A stretch of DNA of 64,000 bases from Nitrospirota bacterium. Lineage in GTDB: Bacteria > Nitrospirota > UBA9217. Location of the stretch: positions 288,001 to 352,000 of the forward strand of contig CAWJQQ010000009.1 in the NCBI GenBank assembly GCA_963845065.1. The letters run 5' to 3'. Numbering within the stretch: position 1 is the first letter of the stretch; each line of letters opens with the position of its first letter. The notes beneath the pieces are model-generated. The model was not told the DNA's origin. It did not search any database and saw nothing but the letters and a program-made list of their open reading frames with translations. Below, piece after piece: positions 11,611 through 21,572 of this stretch. A program made the translations under genes and the position numbers.

Positions 11611-12190
11611 GACCTGTCTCCTTGTTTGTGGCTCTGTATTTGGATACCTATTCCATCCAAGTATAACCCACGGTGACAAGGGGCAGGTCACTTTTCCAAC
11701 TGTCAACCATTATGTCTAAAATGTTCAAGACAGCCAGAAACATAGCTGAATATACCGAATACCATCTCCATGATTATGTCGGGAGCCTCCGCAATTCGTG
11801 TTGGATCGGAGACCATATTGACAGCCTGGCCGCCCAAAAGATAGCGACCAGGGCGTTTGATGCCGTTGCTGACTACGAGTTCGGCAAGCATGGGAAACCA
11901 CGGTTCAAGCGTCGCGGCTGGATGTCTTCGCTCGAAGGCAAAAACAACAAGTCTGGTATTCGGTGGTGCGATGACCATGTTGAATGGTCTGGACTTAGCC
12001 TTACCTGTGTCTTCGACAAAAAAGACAAGTTTGGCGTTCAGGCACATGCGCTTAGCCATGATGTTAAATATGTTCGTTTGGTGAAGAAAGCCATCTGCGG
12101 TAACGCCTGCTGGTTCGCCCAACTCGTGCTTAAAGGCACGGCCAGGATCAAGCGTGAGAACCAGATCGGCACCGAAACCGTTGGCCTTGA

Positions 12191-13589
12191 TGACAACTGT
12201 CAGGACATCGTGGACAAAAATAGCTGTCACGACATCGTGGACTCGCAACTTTGAAACTATATTATCCAGCGATACCGTGACAAGAGATTTTGCAGTCATC
12301 GCAGTTGATAACTATATTCTTCAACTTGGATTGTTTCCAAGTAGAGTTTTAACTTTTGATCTTTGACATCGACAGTAGCCACAACGTATTCGTACTGAGT
12401 ATTCGGTGGAGCAAGGAACATTTCGCCAAAGATGTTCAGCTTGCAGTCACTTCGGATGAATCGAACAAAATGATAGCATCCTGTTTCCGGTTTCTCCAGT
12501 GGGTGATGGGGCACATTCTTTTGACTCGGAAAGATCCTTTTCACTTTCATACGATCTAGTGCTTTAATCGGCGTTTGTCCTTTGATTTTGCTGTAGCGAT
12601 AGGTGTTGTTATGCCGATGCTCGAATGCCAGAGATTCTTGCCGAAGCTGCACCATCGATATCATCGTGACCTTGTCGAGGAACTTCTGACGATAATGGTC
12701 ATTGAACTTCTCGATTATCCCGTTTCGCCAGGGTTCGGCTGGTGGGATGAACCAGAGATTGACCCCAGAGAGCAAGCAGAGGCGGATAAGCGGCCCCATT
12801 CCTCGTGGGTAAACGGGACTTCCGAAGAAGGCGATTTCATTGTCTACCTGAAGATTCTCGGGGATGCCCATGCGCTGCCAGACCGCGTAAATGGCGTCCA
12901 GAATGCTCTGCGCTGACTTTGAGGGTATCGGCTCCATGCCGCAGAGGTTGATGGCGGTATCAATTGCATTCAAGCCATAGAACCGAATTGGACCGCTCAG
13001 ATAACAGGGACCTACCAGATCAAGCTGGTGTGTCTGGTTGGGCGCTAGCGCCGGCAGTCCGGGATATTTCTTGCCCTTTGGTTCATACCGGCCGGTACGG
13101 CGATGGGTCAATTCACGACGGCGCAAAATTCGGCTGATTGTGCTCAGTGAGGGAAGCGGTCGCACCTCCATCTCTTCCAGTTCCCATCGTATGGCCTGGT
13201 CGCCGCAGAAGAGATCTTTGTTGTACAAGCTCCATCGGACCATCTCGACGATCATTTCGATTTCTGCGGGCGTGCGGTGAGGACTGACAAGCGGTTGCCG
13301 AGACCGCTCTTCAAACCATAACGAATCATCGGGCGCATACCGTGTCACCCATTTGTACAGCCATGCTCGAGAACGGCCAAGAGAATCACAAATCTCTTCC
13401 GGCTCTTCTCCATTGAAGAACCGCTGCACAGCTTTTAATCGTTCTTGCTTGATGCTCTTTTTCATGAACACCTCCCTTTTAGGTTTGGTGTTCATGATAC
13501 GTTTATGCTGTGGCTATTCGATTGTCAAAGAACGTTTGTCCACGATGTCCTGACAGTAAAATCTGTCTACGATGTCGTGACAGTTATCA
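12191..13589 (-). mobile_element. IS481-like insertion sequence, 1399 bp
   Basis: Ends TGACAACTGTCAGGACATCG / CGATGTCGTGACAGTTATCA; two internal repeats (CTGTCA.GACATCGT.GAC) per end; 6-bp target duplication CCTTGA (12185-12190, 13590-13595). Confidence 0.88.
12296..13495 (-). CDS. IS481-like DDE transposase (HTH plus rve integrase core)
   Basis: N-terminal HTH (GRSRAWLYKW), QLDL, QVDNE and NGIIEKFN catalytic motifs; likely start at 13465. Confidence 0.88.
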   Translation of the reverse strand: MNTKPKREVFMKKSIKQERLKAVQRFFNGEEPEEICDSLGRSRAWLYKWVTRYAPDDSLWFEERSRQPLVSPHRTPAEIEMIVEMVRWSLYNKDLFCGDQAIRWELEEMEVRPLPSLSTISRILRRRELTHRRTGRYEPKGKKYPGLPALAPNQTHQLDLVGPCYLSGPIRFYGLNAIDTAINLCGMEPIPSKSAQSILDAIYAVWQRMGIPENLQVDNEIAFFGSPVYPRGMGPLIRLCLLSGVNLWFIPPAEPWRNGIIEKFNDHYRQKFLDKVTMISMVQLRQESLAFEHRHNNTYRYSKIKGQTPIKALDRMKVKRIFPSQKNVPHHPLEKPETGCYHFVRFIRSDCKLNIFGEMFLAPPNTQYEYVVATVDVKDQKLKLYLETIQVEEYSYQLR

Positions 13590-14635
13590 CCTTGACATTG
13601 GTCCATCCACGGGTGCTATCGTTAGCGATACCGATGCGTTGCTCGTAGCATTTTGTCCGGAAGTCGAGATTCCGTACAAACAAATCCGCGTGGTTCAGCG
13701 TAAGATGGCCAGAAGCCTGAGGGCTGCCAACCCGGACAACTACAACGAAGACGGCACGACTAAGACTGGTGCCGGCAAGGGTAAAAAGCGGTGGATATTC
13801 TCTGCTCAATACCGTGCGCTTAAGGCTGAACTAGCCGAGCTACAGCGAGTTTTGGCTGAAACCAGAAAACGGGCTCATGGCACGTTAGCCAATGAAATTC
13901 TTAAGCTCGGAACCAACATAAAGACCGAGAAACTGTCGTACAGAGCATTCCAGAAACTCTATGGTAAAAGTATTTCACGACGCGCTCCGGGGATGTTTAT
14001 TTCGATGCTTCGCCGCAAAGCCGAAAACGCTGGCGGTAAAGTAACTGAATTTTCTACCCGGAGCACGAAGCTTTCAGAGACATGCCACTGCGGGGAAGTA
14101 GCCAAAAAACCGCTATCCCAACGGTGGCATGACTGTAACTGCGGGGTAACCGCTCAACGCGATCTCTACTCCGCATATCTTGCAAAATATGTTTTTGAAA
14201 ATGTCCTCGACACGCGTCAAGCCGCAGCAGCTTGGCCGGGTGCAAACCTGCTCCTGGAACGGGCGGTGTTGAGGGTGCAGTTTGAAGCGGCAAATGGTCG
14301 GATTCATCCGGCCAGCTTCGGTATTAACAACATGAGAGCCAACACCACGAACCGGAGACAGAGTTGCTTGCCCGTTAAAAACGGATCAACGATAGTCGAT
14401 GCCGGCAACGTCTGTATTGTTGCCGAAAAGCCTGTCGGTATTGCAGTTAGAACCCCCTGTCTTTAGACATGGGGTAGGTCAGAGAATGTTAACGCGATCA
14501 AAAGGAAAATATCAATTCAACGACAGTGGAGTTACTGAGGATATCTTCCATAAGGAGAGTGAATAGGTCAGCGACTCATGGCCATATCAAGAAGAATGCC
14601 TGAGATGCCGCGTTTCCCGGATGGACCAATGCGGA

Positions 14636-15379
14636 TCAGTCGAAGTATCTGCCGCCGTTCACGTTTATGGTCTGTCCGGTGATATAGCCGTTCTGGGCAA
14701 GCAGCACTGCTACGGCCGCGATCTCTTCGGGGGTGCCAAAGCGTCCGACGGGAATGCCGCTCTCGGTTAGCTGAGGCAGACCTGACGACATATCAGTGCG
14801 GATCGGGCCAGGGGCGATTGCGTTCACGGTTATTCCTTCTTTTGCAAGCTGAGCCGCATAGTAGTGCGTAAGCCCGATGAGGCCGGCCTTGGAAGCAGCG
14901 TAATGGGCTCCTACGACACCTCCCACATGAGCGGCAGCTGAAGAAATGTTGATTATTCGTCCCCATTTCTTCCTACGCATGGGGGAGAGCACAGACTGGG
15001 TGACCAGAAAGGATGCTGTGAGATTTGTTCTCAGGATATCCTCCCAATCCTGTTCAGTAATTGTATCAATAGTACTGGACCGTGCAATCCCCGCGTTATT
15101 CACCAGGATATCGATCTCACCCAGATCATGTTCTATGGTTTTTGCCATACGCGTAACTTCTGCAGTCCGAGACACGTCAGCTTGTATGGCGATAGACCTA
15201 TGTCCGAAACTTTCTATTGCTTTTTTCACGTCAAGGGCCTCATGCTCATGAGAGGCATAGTTCACCGCTACATCAGCCCCAGCATCAGCCATCGCAAGAG
15301 CGATTGCTCGTCCTATGCCTCGGCTCGCTCCTGTAACGAGAGCAACCTTTTTCTTTAATTCAATGGTCATAAAAATCAT
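14636..15379 (-). CDS. SDR-family oxidoreductase (FabG-like)
   Basis: TGASRGIG, VNNAG, YAASK, IAPG motifs. Confidence 0.92.
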   Translation of the reverse strand: MIFMTIELKKKVALVTGASRGIGRAIALAMADAGADVAVNYASHEHEALDVKKAIESFGHRSIAIQADVSRTAEVTRMAKTIEHDLGEIDILVNNAGIARSSTIDTITEQDWEDILRTNLTASFLVTQSVLSPMRRKKWGRIINISSAAAHVGGVVGAHYAASKAGLIGLTHYYAAQLAKEGITVNAIAPGPIRTDMSSGLPQLTESGIPVGRFGTPEEIAAVAVLLAQNGYITGQTINVNGGRYFD

Positions 15380-15987
15380 TCTCCTTTCTCAAATGTCTTC
15401 ATTCCAATCTTATCACGCTTCCTGACGAAACGGCGATCTCCAGACCATTCGTCCGACAATCAAACAGGGAGCGATTATGAAAACATCTGGACACCGTCGC
15501 AATGCTCCTCACCACTGTCCACATTTAGCTAATCTACGGGATTTAACCGGCTGAGCGATCAAAATATCTGAATGACAGCCTGTCGTATCGCCCCAAGAAT
15601 AAATATTCGAAACAACGCGATGTATCTCGGTACCTTACGAAGTAGCGTTTTTCGCAGACGCCATAGCTTTCTACAACTTAAGTAGTCAAAAATCAAATTG
15701 GTCGATGCGACGCTTTGTTTCGGGACTCATCGGCGAAAGCAAAATGTCCTGCGTTATGAACCTGGAGAAAAGTCATTAGCTTCGGCTATAACTATTAGAA
15801 TCGCATGTCTCCGGGATGCTCATCCCGGCACCCACTTTGCGGTCTTTTTCAACAGAGTTAATAATGCGCACGTTTTTCACATAGGATTTATCAAGGCGAT
15901 GTCTGCTTGAGTTGCAGTATAATAGAAATAAAAGCGTTTAATCACTCTCGACGCATCTGTTTTGCAATGCTTTAAAGAGGTGCAAAT

Positions 15988-16125
15988 ATGACGATCGTTC
16001 TAATCATTGTGGCTATAGCTGCGGCAATCTACGTCTATGCTGCTACTGCATACTACTACGGGTTTAAGAACTGGTATCCCTTATGCGGCTGCAAGAAGAC
16101 GGCCTGCAGTACCAAGGGACCATAG
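15988..16125 (+). CDS. Small 45-aa membrane protein with Cys-rich tail
   Basis: Manually translated MTIVLIIVAIAAAIYVYAATAYYYGFKNWYPLCGCKKTACSTKGP; RBS GAGG; below the ORF-track cutoff. Confidence 0.6.
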   Translation: MTIVLIIVAIAAAIYVYAATAYYYGFKNWYPLCGCKKTACSTKGP

Positions 16126-16266
16126 TAGTATCTTTTGCTATTTACTTTTCTGAGTATTTACCTTACGGGTATTTCCTGTTGATTTAGCCTTGATTTTCAC
16201 TTGATTAACCGTATATAATGAAAACCTTGGCGCAGATTCAGCAAAACAACGAGGCTTTTTCATATC

Positions 16267-16497
16267 ATGGCGGAAAAAAAATTCGAAGCAGCGCTGCGGC
16301 GGCTCGAGGAGATCGTGGAGGAATTGGAGAAGGGTGACATTCCTCTTGAGCAGTCGCTGAAGCTGTTCGAGGAGGGAATCAAGCTTTCCCGACTCTGCAC
16401 CAAGCGGCTCGAAGACGCAGAACGAAGGGTGGATATCCTGCTTAAGGACAAAGCAGGGAACGTGATAGAGCAGCCTTTTGAAGAACCGGAAGAGTAA
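16267..16497 (+). CDS. xseB: Exodeoxyribonuclease VII small subunit
   Basis: FEAALRRLEEIVEELE.G...LEQSLKLFEEG; canonical xseB-ispA-dxs order. Confidence 0.96.
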   Translation: MAEKKFEAALRRLEEIVEELEKGDIPLEQSLKLFEEGIKLSRLCTKRLEDAERRVDILLKDKAGNVIEQPFEEPEE

Positions 16498-16512
16498 TCA
16501 TCCAAAACAACT

Positions 16513-17403
16513 ATGGACATCAAAGTCTATCTTGCAAAGAAAAAAGACACGGTGGATAAAGCGCTTGAGAAACTCGTCCCGCCCGGGAAAACATTTCCCA
16601 CTTCCGTGCACGAGGCAATGCGCTACAGCCTCTTTGGCGGCGGCAAGCGGGTCAGGCCGATTCTCGCCATTGCTGCTGCAGAAGCAATCGGTGCGAAGAC
16701 CACTGGCCTATTGCCTATCGCTGGATCGCTTGAACTGATCCACACCTATTCGCTGATCCATGATGACCTGCCTGCAATGGATGACGATGATTTCCGGCGC
16801 GGCAGGCCTACCTGTCACAAGGTATACGGCGAGGCCGTTGCCATTCTCGCGGGAGACGGGCTTTTGAACATGGCCTTCGAAGTGATGTCCGATCCTCGCT
16901 GGCTCAAGGTAATTCCCGCGAATAGGCTTATTGACATCATTAAAGAGATTTCTACAGCATCAGGCGTATTTGGCATGGTCGGCGGCCAAGTCGTTGACAT
17001 GGAGTCGGAAGGAACGGATGTTGATTCCCCCACGCTTGAATATATCCACACGCACAAGACCGGCGCGCTTATTAGGGCGTCAGTCCGGGTTGGCGCACTC
17101 TATGCCAAAGCAGGAAAGCGGCAGTTTACGGCCCTCACGCATTATGGCGAGATGGTGGGCCTCGCGTTTCAGATCGCCGATGACATCCTCGATATCACAG
17201 GCACGCGGGAAGAGATTGGCAAAGACGTAGGAAGCGATATTAAAAAAGGCAAGAAAACCTACCCGAGTTTTTACGGTCTGGAAGAGTCACGCGCACGAGC
17301 CCTGGAGGTCGCTGATAAGGCTGTCCAAGCGCTCAAGGACTTCGACCGCAAGGCTGGCCCGCTCCGTGAACTTGCGAAGTTTATTGTGAACAGAGTAAAT
17401 TAA
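16513..17403 (+). CDS. ispA: Farnesyl/geranylgeranyl diphosphate synthase
   Basis: GGKRVRP, HDDLPAMDDDDFRRG, FQIADDILD. Confidence 0.95.
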   Translation: MDIKVYLAKKKDTVDKALEKLVPPGKTFPTSVHEAMRYSLFGGGKRVRPILAIAAAEAIGAKTTGLLPIAGSLELIHTYSLIHDDLPAMDDDDFRRGRPTCHKVYGEAVAILAGDGLLNMAFEVMSDPRWLKVIPANRLIDIIKEISTASGVFGMVGGQVVDMESEGTDVDSPTLEYIHTHKTGALIRASVRVGALYAKAGKRQFTALTHYGEMVGLAFQIADDILDITGTREEIGKDVGSDIKKGKKTYPSFYGLEESRARALEVADKAVQALKDFDRKAGPLRELAKFIVNRVN

Positions 17404-17476
17404 ATCTGGGGACAGGGCTCAGGGTTCAAGTTTTCCCGGACCATGGCTACAGGCCCTTTGAACCGACGAGGTACTT

Positions 17477-19399
17477 ATGATACTGGACAAAGTAGTTAAT
17501 GCAAATGACTTGCGGGATATTCCCCGGGAAGAACTGCCGGAGCTTGCTCGAGAGATTCGACAGGAGATTCTTGATGTCGTATCGAAGACGGGCGGTCATT
17601 TCGCTTCGAGCCTCGGCGTGGTCGACTTGACTATTGCCCTGCACTATGCTTTTGACACGCCGAATGACCGCATTGTTTGGGATGTGGGACACCAAGCTTA
17701 CGCGCACAAGATCCTGACAGGGAGGCGTGCGCAGTTCCCCACACTTCGCCAGTACGGCGGCATCAGCGGTTTCCCCAAGCGCACGGAGAGCCCCTGCGAC
17801 CATTTTGACGTAGGACATGCAAGCACATCCATATCCGCTGCGCTTGGTATAGCAGCGGCCAGGGACATCAAGGGCGAGGACTACCATGTCGTCGCTGTGA
17901 TAGGAGATGGCTCGATCTCAGCCGGGCTCGCCTTCGAAGGCTTGAACCAGGCAGGTCACCTCAAGAAGAACCTCATTGTGATCCTGAACGACAACGAAAT
18001 GTCCATTGCCCCGAACGTGGGGGCGCTTTCGTCATACCTGAGCCGGACGTTGACGGGACACTTTTATACGAAACTCCGCAAGGATGCAAAGACTTTTCTT
18101 CAGGGCATTCCGAAGGTCGGCGGGTCCATGTTCAATCTGGCGAAGAAGGCCGAAGATTCCATCAAGAGCATAATGGTGCCAGGCATGCTGTTCGAGGACC
18201 TCGGATTCCAGTATATAGGACCGATCGATGGGCACAATATCAACCATATGCTCGAGACATTTAAGAACATCAAAAATTACACTTGGCCGGTCCTGGTCCA
18301 TGTTATCACTAAAAAAGGCAAAGGCTGTGAGTTCGCGGAGTGTAATCCATCCCAGTATCATGGCATCTCACCTTTTGACCCGGCTACCGGGAAAACCCTG
18401 GCTAAAAAGCAGCCCATCATGAGCTACACCGAAGTTTTCGGCCGGACGATGGTGAGGCTTGCCGAGGAAAACGATAAACTCGTTGCTATCTCCGCGGCCA
18501 TGTCGGAAGGCACGGGGCTTGACAAATTCGCCGAGCACTTTCCCGACAGGTTTTTTGACGTCGGTATTGCAGAGCCCCATGGAGTTACGTTTGCCTGCGG
18601 CCTTGCCATCGAGGGGCTCCATCCGGTAGCGGCCATTTATTCAACATTCACGCAGCGCGCTTATGATCAGGTCGTGCACGACCTTTGCCTTCAAAATCTT
18701 CCAGTAACGCTCGCTCTTGATCGCGCCGGACTCGTTGGTGAAGACGGTCCGACCCATCACGGCGCATTCGATATCGCCTATCTCCGCCATATACCGAACA
18801 TGGTTGTGATGGCGCCCAAGGACGAGAACGAACTGCAGCATATGATCAAGACGGCAGTCGGGCATCACGGCCCTACGGCAGTGCGTTATCCTCGCGGTAC
18901 CGGCTGCGGCGTTCCCATGGACCAGGAAATGAAGACCTTGCCGATCGGCAAAGCAGAGCTGATCAAGGACGGGAATGAGGCTGTGATCGTCGCTATCGGT
19001 AACATGGTCTGCCCGTCAATCGAGGCCGCGAAAAAACTTGCCGAAGAGGGGATTTCAGTCGCGGTTGTGAACGCCCGGTTCGTAAAACCCCTCGATAAAG
19101 AGATGATTACCTCGTATGCAAGGAAGACTGGCAGATTGATTACTGCTGAGGAACACGCCTTGCTCGGCGGCTTCGGAAGCGCTGTGCTCGAATGTCTCGA
19201 TATAAACGGCGTGTACGGCATTAAAACGCACCGGATCGGGCTGCCGGATACCTACATTGAACATGGAACGCAAGCGGTGCTGAGGCAGAAGTATGGTCTC
19301 GATGCAGAAGGCATTTACGCGTCGGTCAAGAAGTTTATCGAAAGCTCCCGATTTAAGGCGGTGGCAACTGTTGCTCCGCTCCGGGCGAAAGACGCATAA
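17477..19399 (+). CDS. dxs: 1-deoxy-D-xylulose-5-phosphate synthase
   Basis: WDVGHQAY.HK, GDG..NDN, DVGIAE, DRAGLVGEDGPTHHG. Confidence 0.97.
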   Translation: MILDKVVNANDLRDIPREELPELAREIRQEILDVVSKTGGHFASSLGVVDLTIALHYAFDTPNDRIVWDVGHQAYAHKILTGRRAQFPTLRQYGGISGFPKRTESPCDHFDVGHASTSISAALGIAAARDIKGEDYHVVAVIGDGSISAGLAFEGLNQAGHLKKNLIVILNDNEMSIAPNVGALSSYLSRTLTGHFYTKLRKDAKTFLQGIPKVGGSMFNLAKKAEDSIKSIMVPGMLFEDLGFQYIGPIDGHNINHMLETFKNIKNYTWPVLVHVITKKGKGCEFAECNPSQYHGISPFDPATGKTLAKKQPIMSYTEVFGRTMVRLAEENDKLVAISAAMSEGTGLDKFAEHFPDRFFDVGIAEPHGVTFACGLAIEGLHPVAAIYSTFTQRAYDQVVHDLCLQNLPVTLALDRAGLVGEDGPTHHGAFDIAYLRHIPNMVVMAPKDENELQHMIKTAVGHHGPTAVRYPRGTGCGVPMDQEMKTLPIGKAELIKDGNEAVIVAIGNMVCPSIEAAKKLAEEGISVAVVNARFVKPLDKEMITSYARKTGRLITAEEHALLGGFGSAVLECLDINGVYGIKTHRIGLPDTYIEHGTQAVLRQKYGLDAEGIYASVKKFIESSRFKAVATVAPLRAKDA

Positions 19400-19426
19400 C
19401 AAAAACACGGATATTGTTTGGAAAAA

Positions 19427-19458
19427 GAAAGGCACTCGGAAATTTTCGGGTGCCTTTC
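19427..19458 (+). terminator. Stem-loop after dxs
   Basis: GAAAGGCACTCGGA-AATT-TTCGGGTGCCTTTC hairpin with G-U pairs; weak U tail. Confidence 0.5.
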
Positions 19459-19554
19459 GTGTTGCTCGGCAGAGAAGCGAAAAGTGGAAGATAAAATTTG
19501 TCAAAGCTTGATGGCCGCGCGAGATGCTTCTGATACGCTCGCAGTACGAAAAAG

Positions 19555-20316
19555 ATGACCGAACAAAAAAAGAGTAAAGCTAAAAGACTCCGTCTCGACG
19601 TCCTGCTTGCAGAGCGTGGGCTAGCGGCGAGCCGCGAAAAGGCGCAGGCGATCATCTTTTCGGGAAAGGTGCTCGTGGATGGACAGAAGCAGGACAAAGC
19701 AGGCGCGTTTGTCCCCGAAGACGCCGAAATCCGGATTCTCGGCGAAACGCTGCGATATGTCGGCCGCGGCGGACTGAAACTTGAGGCGGCCTTAAAGGAG
19801 TTTCGCATCCCTGTAAGTGGGATGATCGCACTTGATGTGGGTGCTTCTACGGGTGGGTTTACCGACTGTTTGCTCCAGCACGGATCTCAGAAAATCTATG
19901 CTGTTGACGTGGGTTATGGCCAGATTGCGTGGAAACTCCGGCAGGACCCGCGTGTTGTGGTCATCGAACGGGTGAATATCCGTGACATGGCTCTCTCTCT
20001 TATTCCTGAACATGTTGATGTCGCAGTCATCGATGTCTCATTCATTTCTCTTGAAAAGGTCATTCCCTCAGTCCTAAATTTTCTCAAGCCAGAAGCAGTA
20101 ATTATTGCGCTCATAAAACCACAGTTCGAGGTCGGGAAGGAACAGGTCGGCAAGGGAGGCATCGTACGCGATGAGACCGCCAGGACGACGGCGGTGAAGA
20201 AAGTCGAGGATTTTATCAATAGACTCGGGCTCGAAGTGCAAGGAATTATTCCATCGCCGATCACGGGGCAGGACGGAAATGTAGAGTATCTGATTTGTGC
20301 AAAGATGAACCGATGA
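19555..20316 (+). CDS. tlyA: TlyA-family RNA methyltransferase
   Basis: S4 domain RLDVLL, GRGGLKL, LDVGASTGGFTD, DVSFISL, IKPQFE. Confidence 0.95.
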   Translation: MTEQKKSKAKRLRLDVLLAERGLAASREKAQAIIFSGKVLVDGQKQDKAGAFVPEDAEIRILGETLRYVGRGGLKLEAALKEFRIPVSGMIALDVGASTGGFTDCLLQHGSQKIYAVDVGYGQIAWKLRQDPRVVVIERVNIRDMALSLIPEHVDVAVIDVSFISLEKVIPSVLNFLKPEAVIIALIKPQFEVGKEQVGKGGIVRDETARTTAVKKVEDFINRLGLEVQGIIPSPITGQDGNVEYLICAKMNR

Positions 20317-20608
20317 TCGCAGGCCGCGTTCAATCCTTCTTGTTGTCCTCGGCGTCTTCTCGCCTTCGATTCGTTTACGGAGGCGCGATTATATCGAATC
20401 CTATACCAGGTTTGTAGAAAGCGGAGATGAAAAGCCCGCTTCTCCCGGGGAATGGAAGTTTTAAGGATCGCCATGGAGTCGGACAGGCGCGAAGGCATTA
20501 TATCGTACAATAGAAGTTGGAAGGGAATGTGGAACGTCTGATTTGCATGGTAGGCCACAAGGCAAAGAATAATTATCTCTCCTCGCGCTATTATCTTGTT
20601 CTCTGGGC

Positions 20609-21400
20609 TCAGTCTGCTGTCATCCGTCCTGCGAATTCCTCTCCCAGGACGACCATCGATTCAATATCCAGGTAATGCGGGGCGGTCTTGTCCAGCAACA
20701 GCTTGCACTGGGCTGGGAAATTTTCTTCCGGCACCGAGTCATAGAACAGGAGCAGTGCGGGGTAGTGGGGAAAGAACCGGAATTCGAAGGCAGCGTCGTG
20801 ATTACCGCTGATACTTGAGGGAACCCCGCCGAATTTTTCACACGCAGCCTTGAGGTCACTGATCCTGCCGTCAAAGTGCTTCGAGATCACATCCTCAACG
20901 TGTCCTGCCCAGGCCTTATCCTTTGCGTGCGATGCCGGTACTGAGCTGAACGTTATCCACTCACTCATAGGGGCAGGGGGGGCGGGCATGCACAGATGGT
21001 TATAAATAAGGATGGAGATAAAGGGCTGCGGCTGTTTGCCTGATGCGTCAATGATCCTTTCTTTCGTAACCGTAATACACTCGTTCAGAAAAGAGATTGC
21101 GAGACAGTCGGGTCCGATGAGCGTGGCCCCAAAGAAAGCTGCAGTTTTCGGGAAATCGAGCGCATGAATCTTTGGTTGCAGTGCTCTCAGTGACTGCTCG
21201 AAGACTGTTCCTTGAACGCCTTTTTGTTCCGCAGCAGCCTCACGGAGGGTGTCTTTCGCGCCGGAGTTCATGTTCGGACAATCTTCAAGCGAGGCCTGCT
21301 GAGAGGCAAGCTTTGCTGCAAATCCAAAGCAGCTCGATAAACCGCACGACCCGCAATTAGTTTGCGGAAGGAGTTTGTAAATCTCTACAGCGCTCTTCAT
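20609..21400 (-). CDS. Fe-S cluster domain plus DUF3786-like protein
   Basis: N-terminal YKLLPQTNCGSCG..SC..FA...CP (AcsC/RnfB-type 4Fe-4S domain); C-terminal FP..P....Y....E.FPA....L.D.....YLD.E. Confidence 0.8.
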   Translation of the reverse strand: MKSAVEIYKLLPQTNCGSCGLSSCFGFAAKLASQQASLEDCPNMNSGAKDTLREAAAEQKGVQGTVFEQSLRALQPKIHALDFPKTAAFFGATLIGPDCLAISFLNECITVTKERIIDASGKQPQPFISILIYNHLCMPAPPAPMSEWITFSSVPASHAKDKAWAGHVEDVISKHFDGRISDLKAACEKFGGVPSSISGNHDAAFEFRFFPHYPALLLFYDSVPEENFPAQCKLLLDKTAPHYLDIESMVVLGEEFAGRMTAD

Positions 21401-21572
21401 AATAAACAACTTAACGCTTTTCACCATGGCTGTCAAATGCAAACGATTATTCGAGGGGAACCTGGCAGCACAGAGCCATGGAGCAACGATAAATCTTGAT
21501 AGTTGACATTTTTTGTGGCGTGCTGGTAAAATTACTGCAATAGGGCAAGCAAAGTCGCTAGGAGTTAATGTC

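Larger units (their letters stand above)
8272..11723 (-). mobile_element. IS110-family element, copy 1 (IS1111-like layout: subterminal IRs, long downstream non-coding end), with IS66 nested
   Basis: IRs ATGGTTGACAGTTG / CAACTGTCAACCAT. ATG core present on both sides (8269-8271, 11721-11723). Removing the element restores tnpB ...RTDMFKTAR.... Confidence 0.9.
8056..14466 (+). pseudogene. tnpB: tnpB RNA-guided endonuclease, copy 1, split by IS110 (after codon 72) and by the IS481-like element (in RuvC-I)
   Basis: Fragments 8056-8271, 11724-12190 and 13596-14466 join in frame; RuvC motifs GLDIG, KTEKL, QRDLYSA; Zn finger CHCG..HDCNCG. Confidence 0.9.
7945..14482 (+). mobile_element. IS200/IS605-family tnpB-only (non-autonomous) element, copy 1, containing nested IS110, IS66 and IS481-like elements
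   Basis: Left end TTAC|CAAACTATCCGCAG-AAAG-hairpin CCCCTGGTTTTAACCATGGGG. Right end GAAC-CCCCTGTCTTTAGACATGGGG-TAGGTCA(G). Boundaries defined by identity with copy 2 (right end 14481 or 14482). No tnpA. Confidence 0.9.

Noticed and set aside
11710..11723. Alternative IS110 boundary with a TATG core (tnpB reading RTDMSKMFK)
   Set aside because: Also in frame, but it gives no junction promoter and does not explain the UUUUAGA donor match in the RNA; less parsimonious, though not formally excluded.
12191..12245. Short direct repeats CTGTCA.GACATCGTGGAC as a mini CRISPR array beside a Cas12-like gene
   Set aside because: Only two units with a few-nt gap, mirrored in inverted form at 13535-13589; these are IS end repeats.
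11673..12254. ORF-track proteins 8056-8298, 11673-12254, 13510-14466, 22138-22380 and 24022-25410 as independent genes
   Set aside because: They are tnpB fragments with IS-derived termini.
17405..17470. Intergenic AGGGTTCA...TGAACC hairpin-like motif, similar at about 62960-63025, as a REP family
   Set aside because: Only two loosely similar instances; insufficient to define a repeat.
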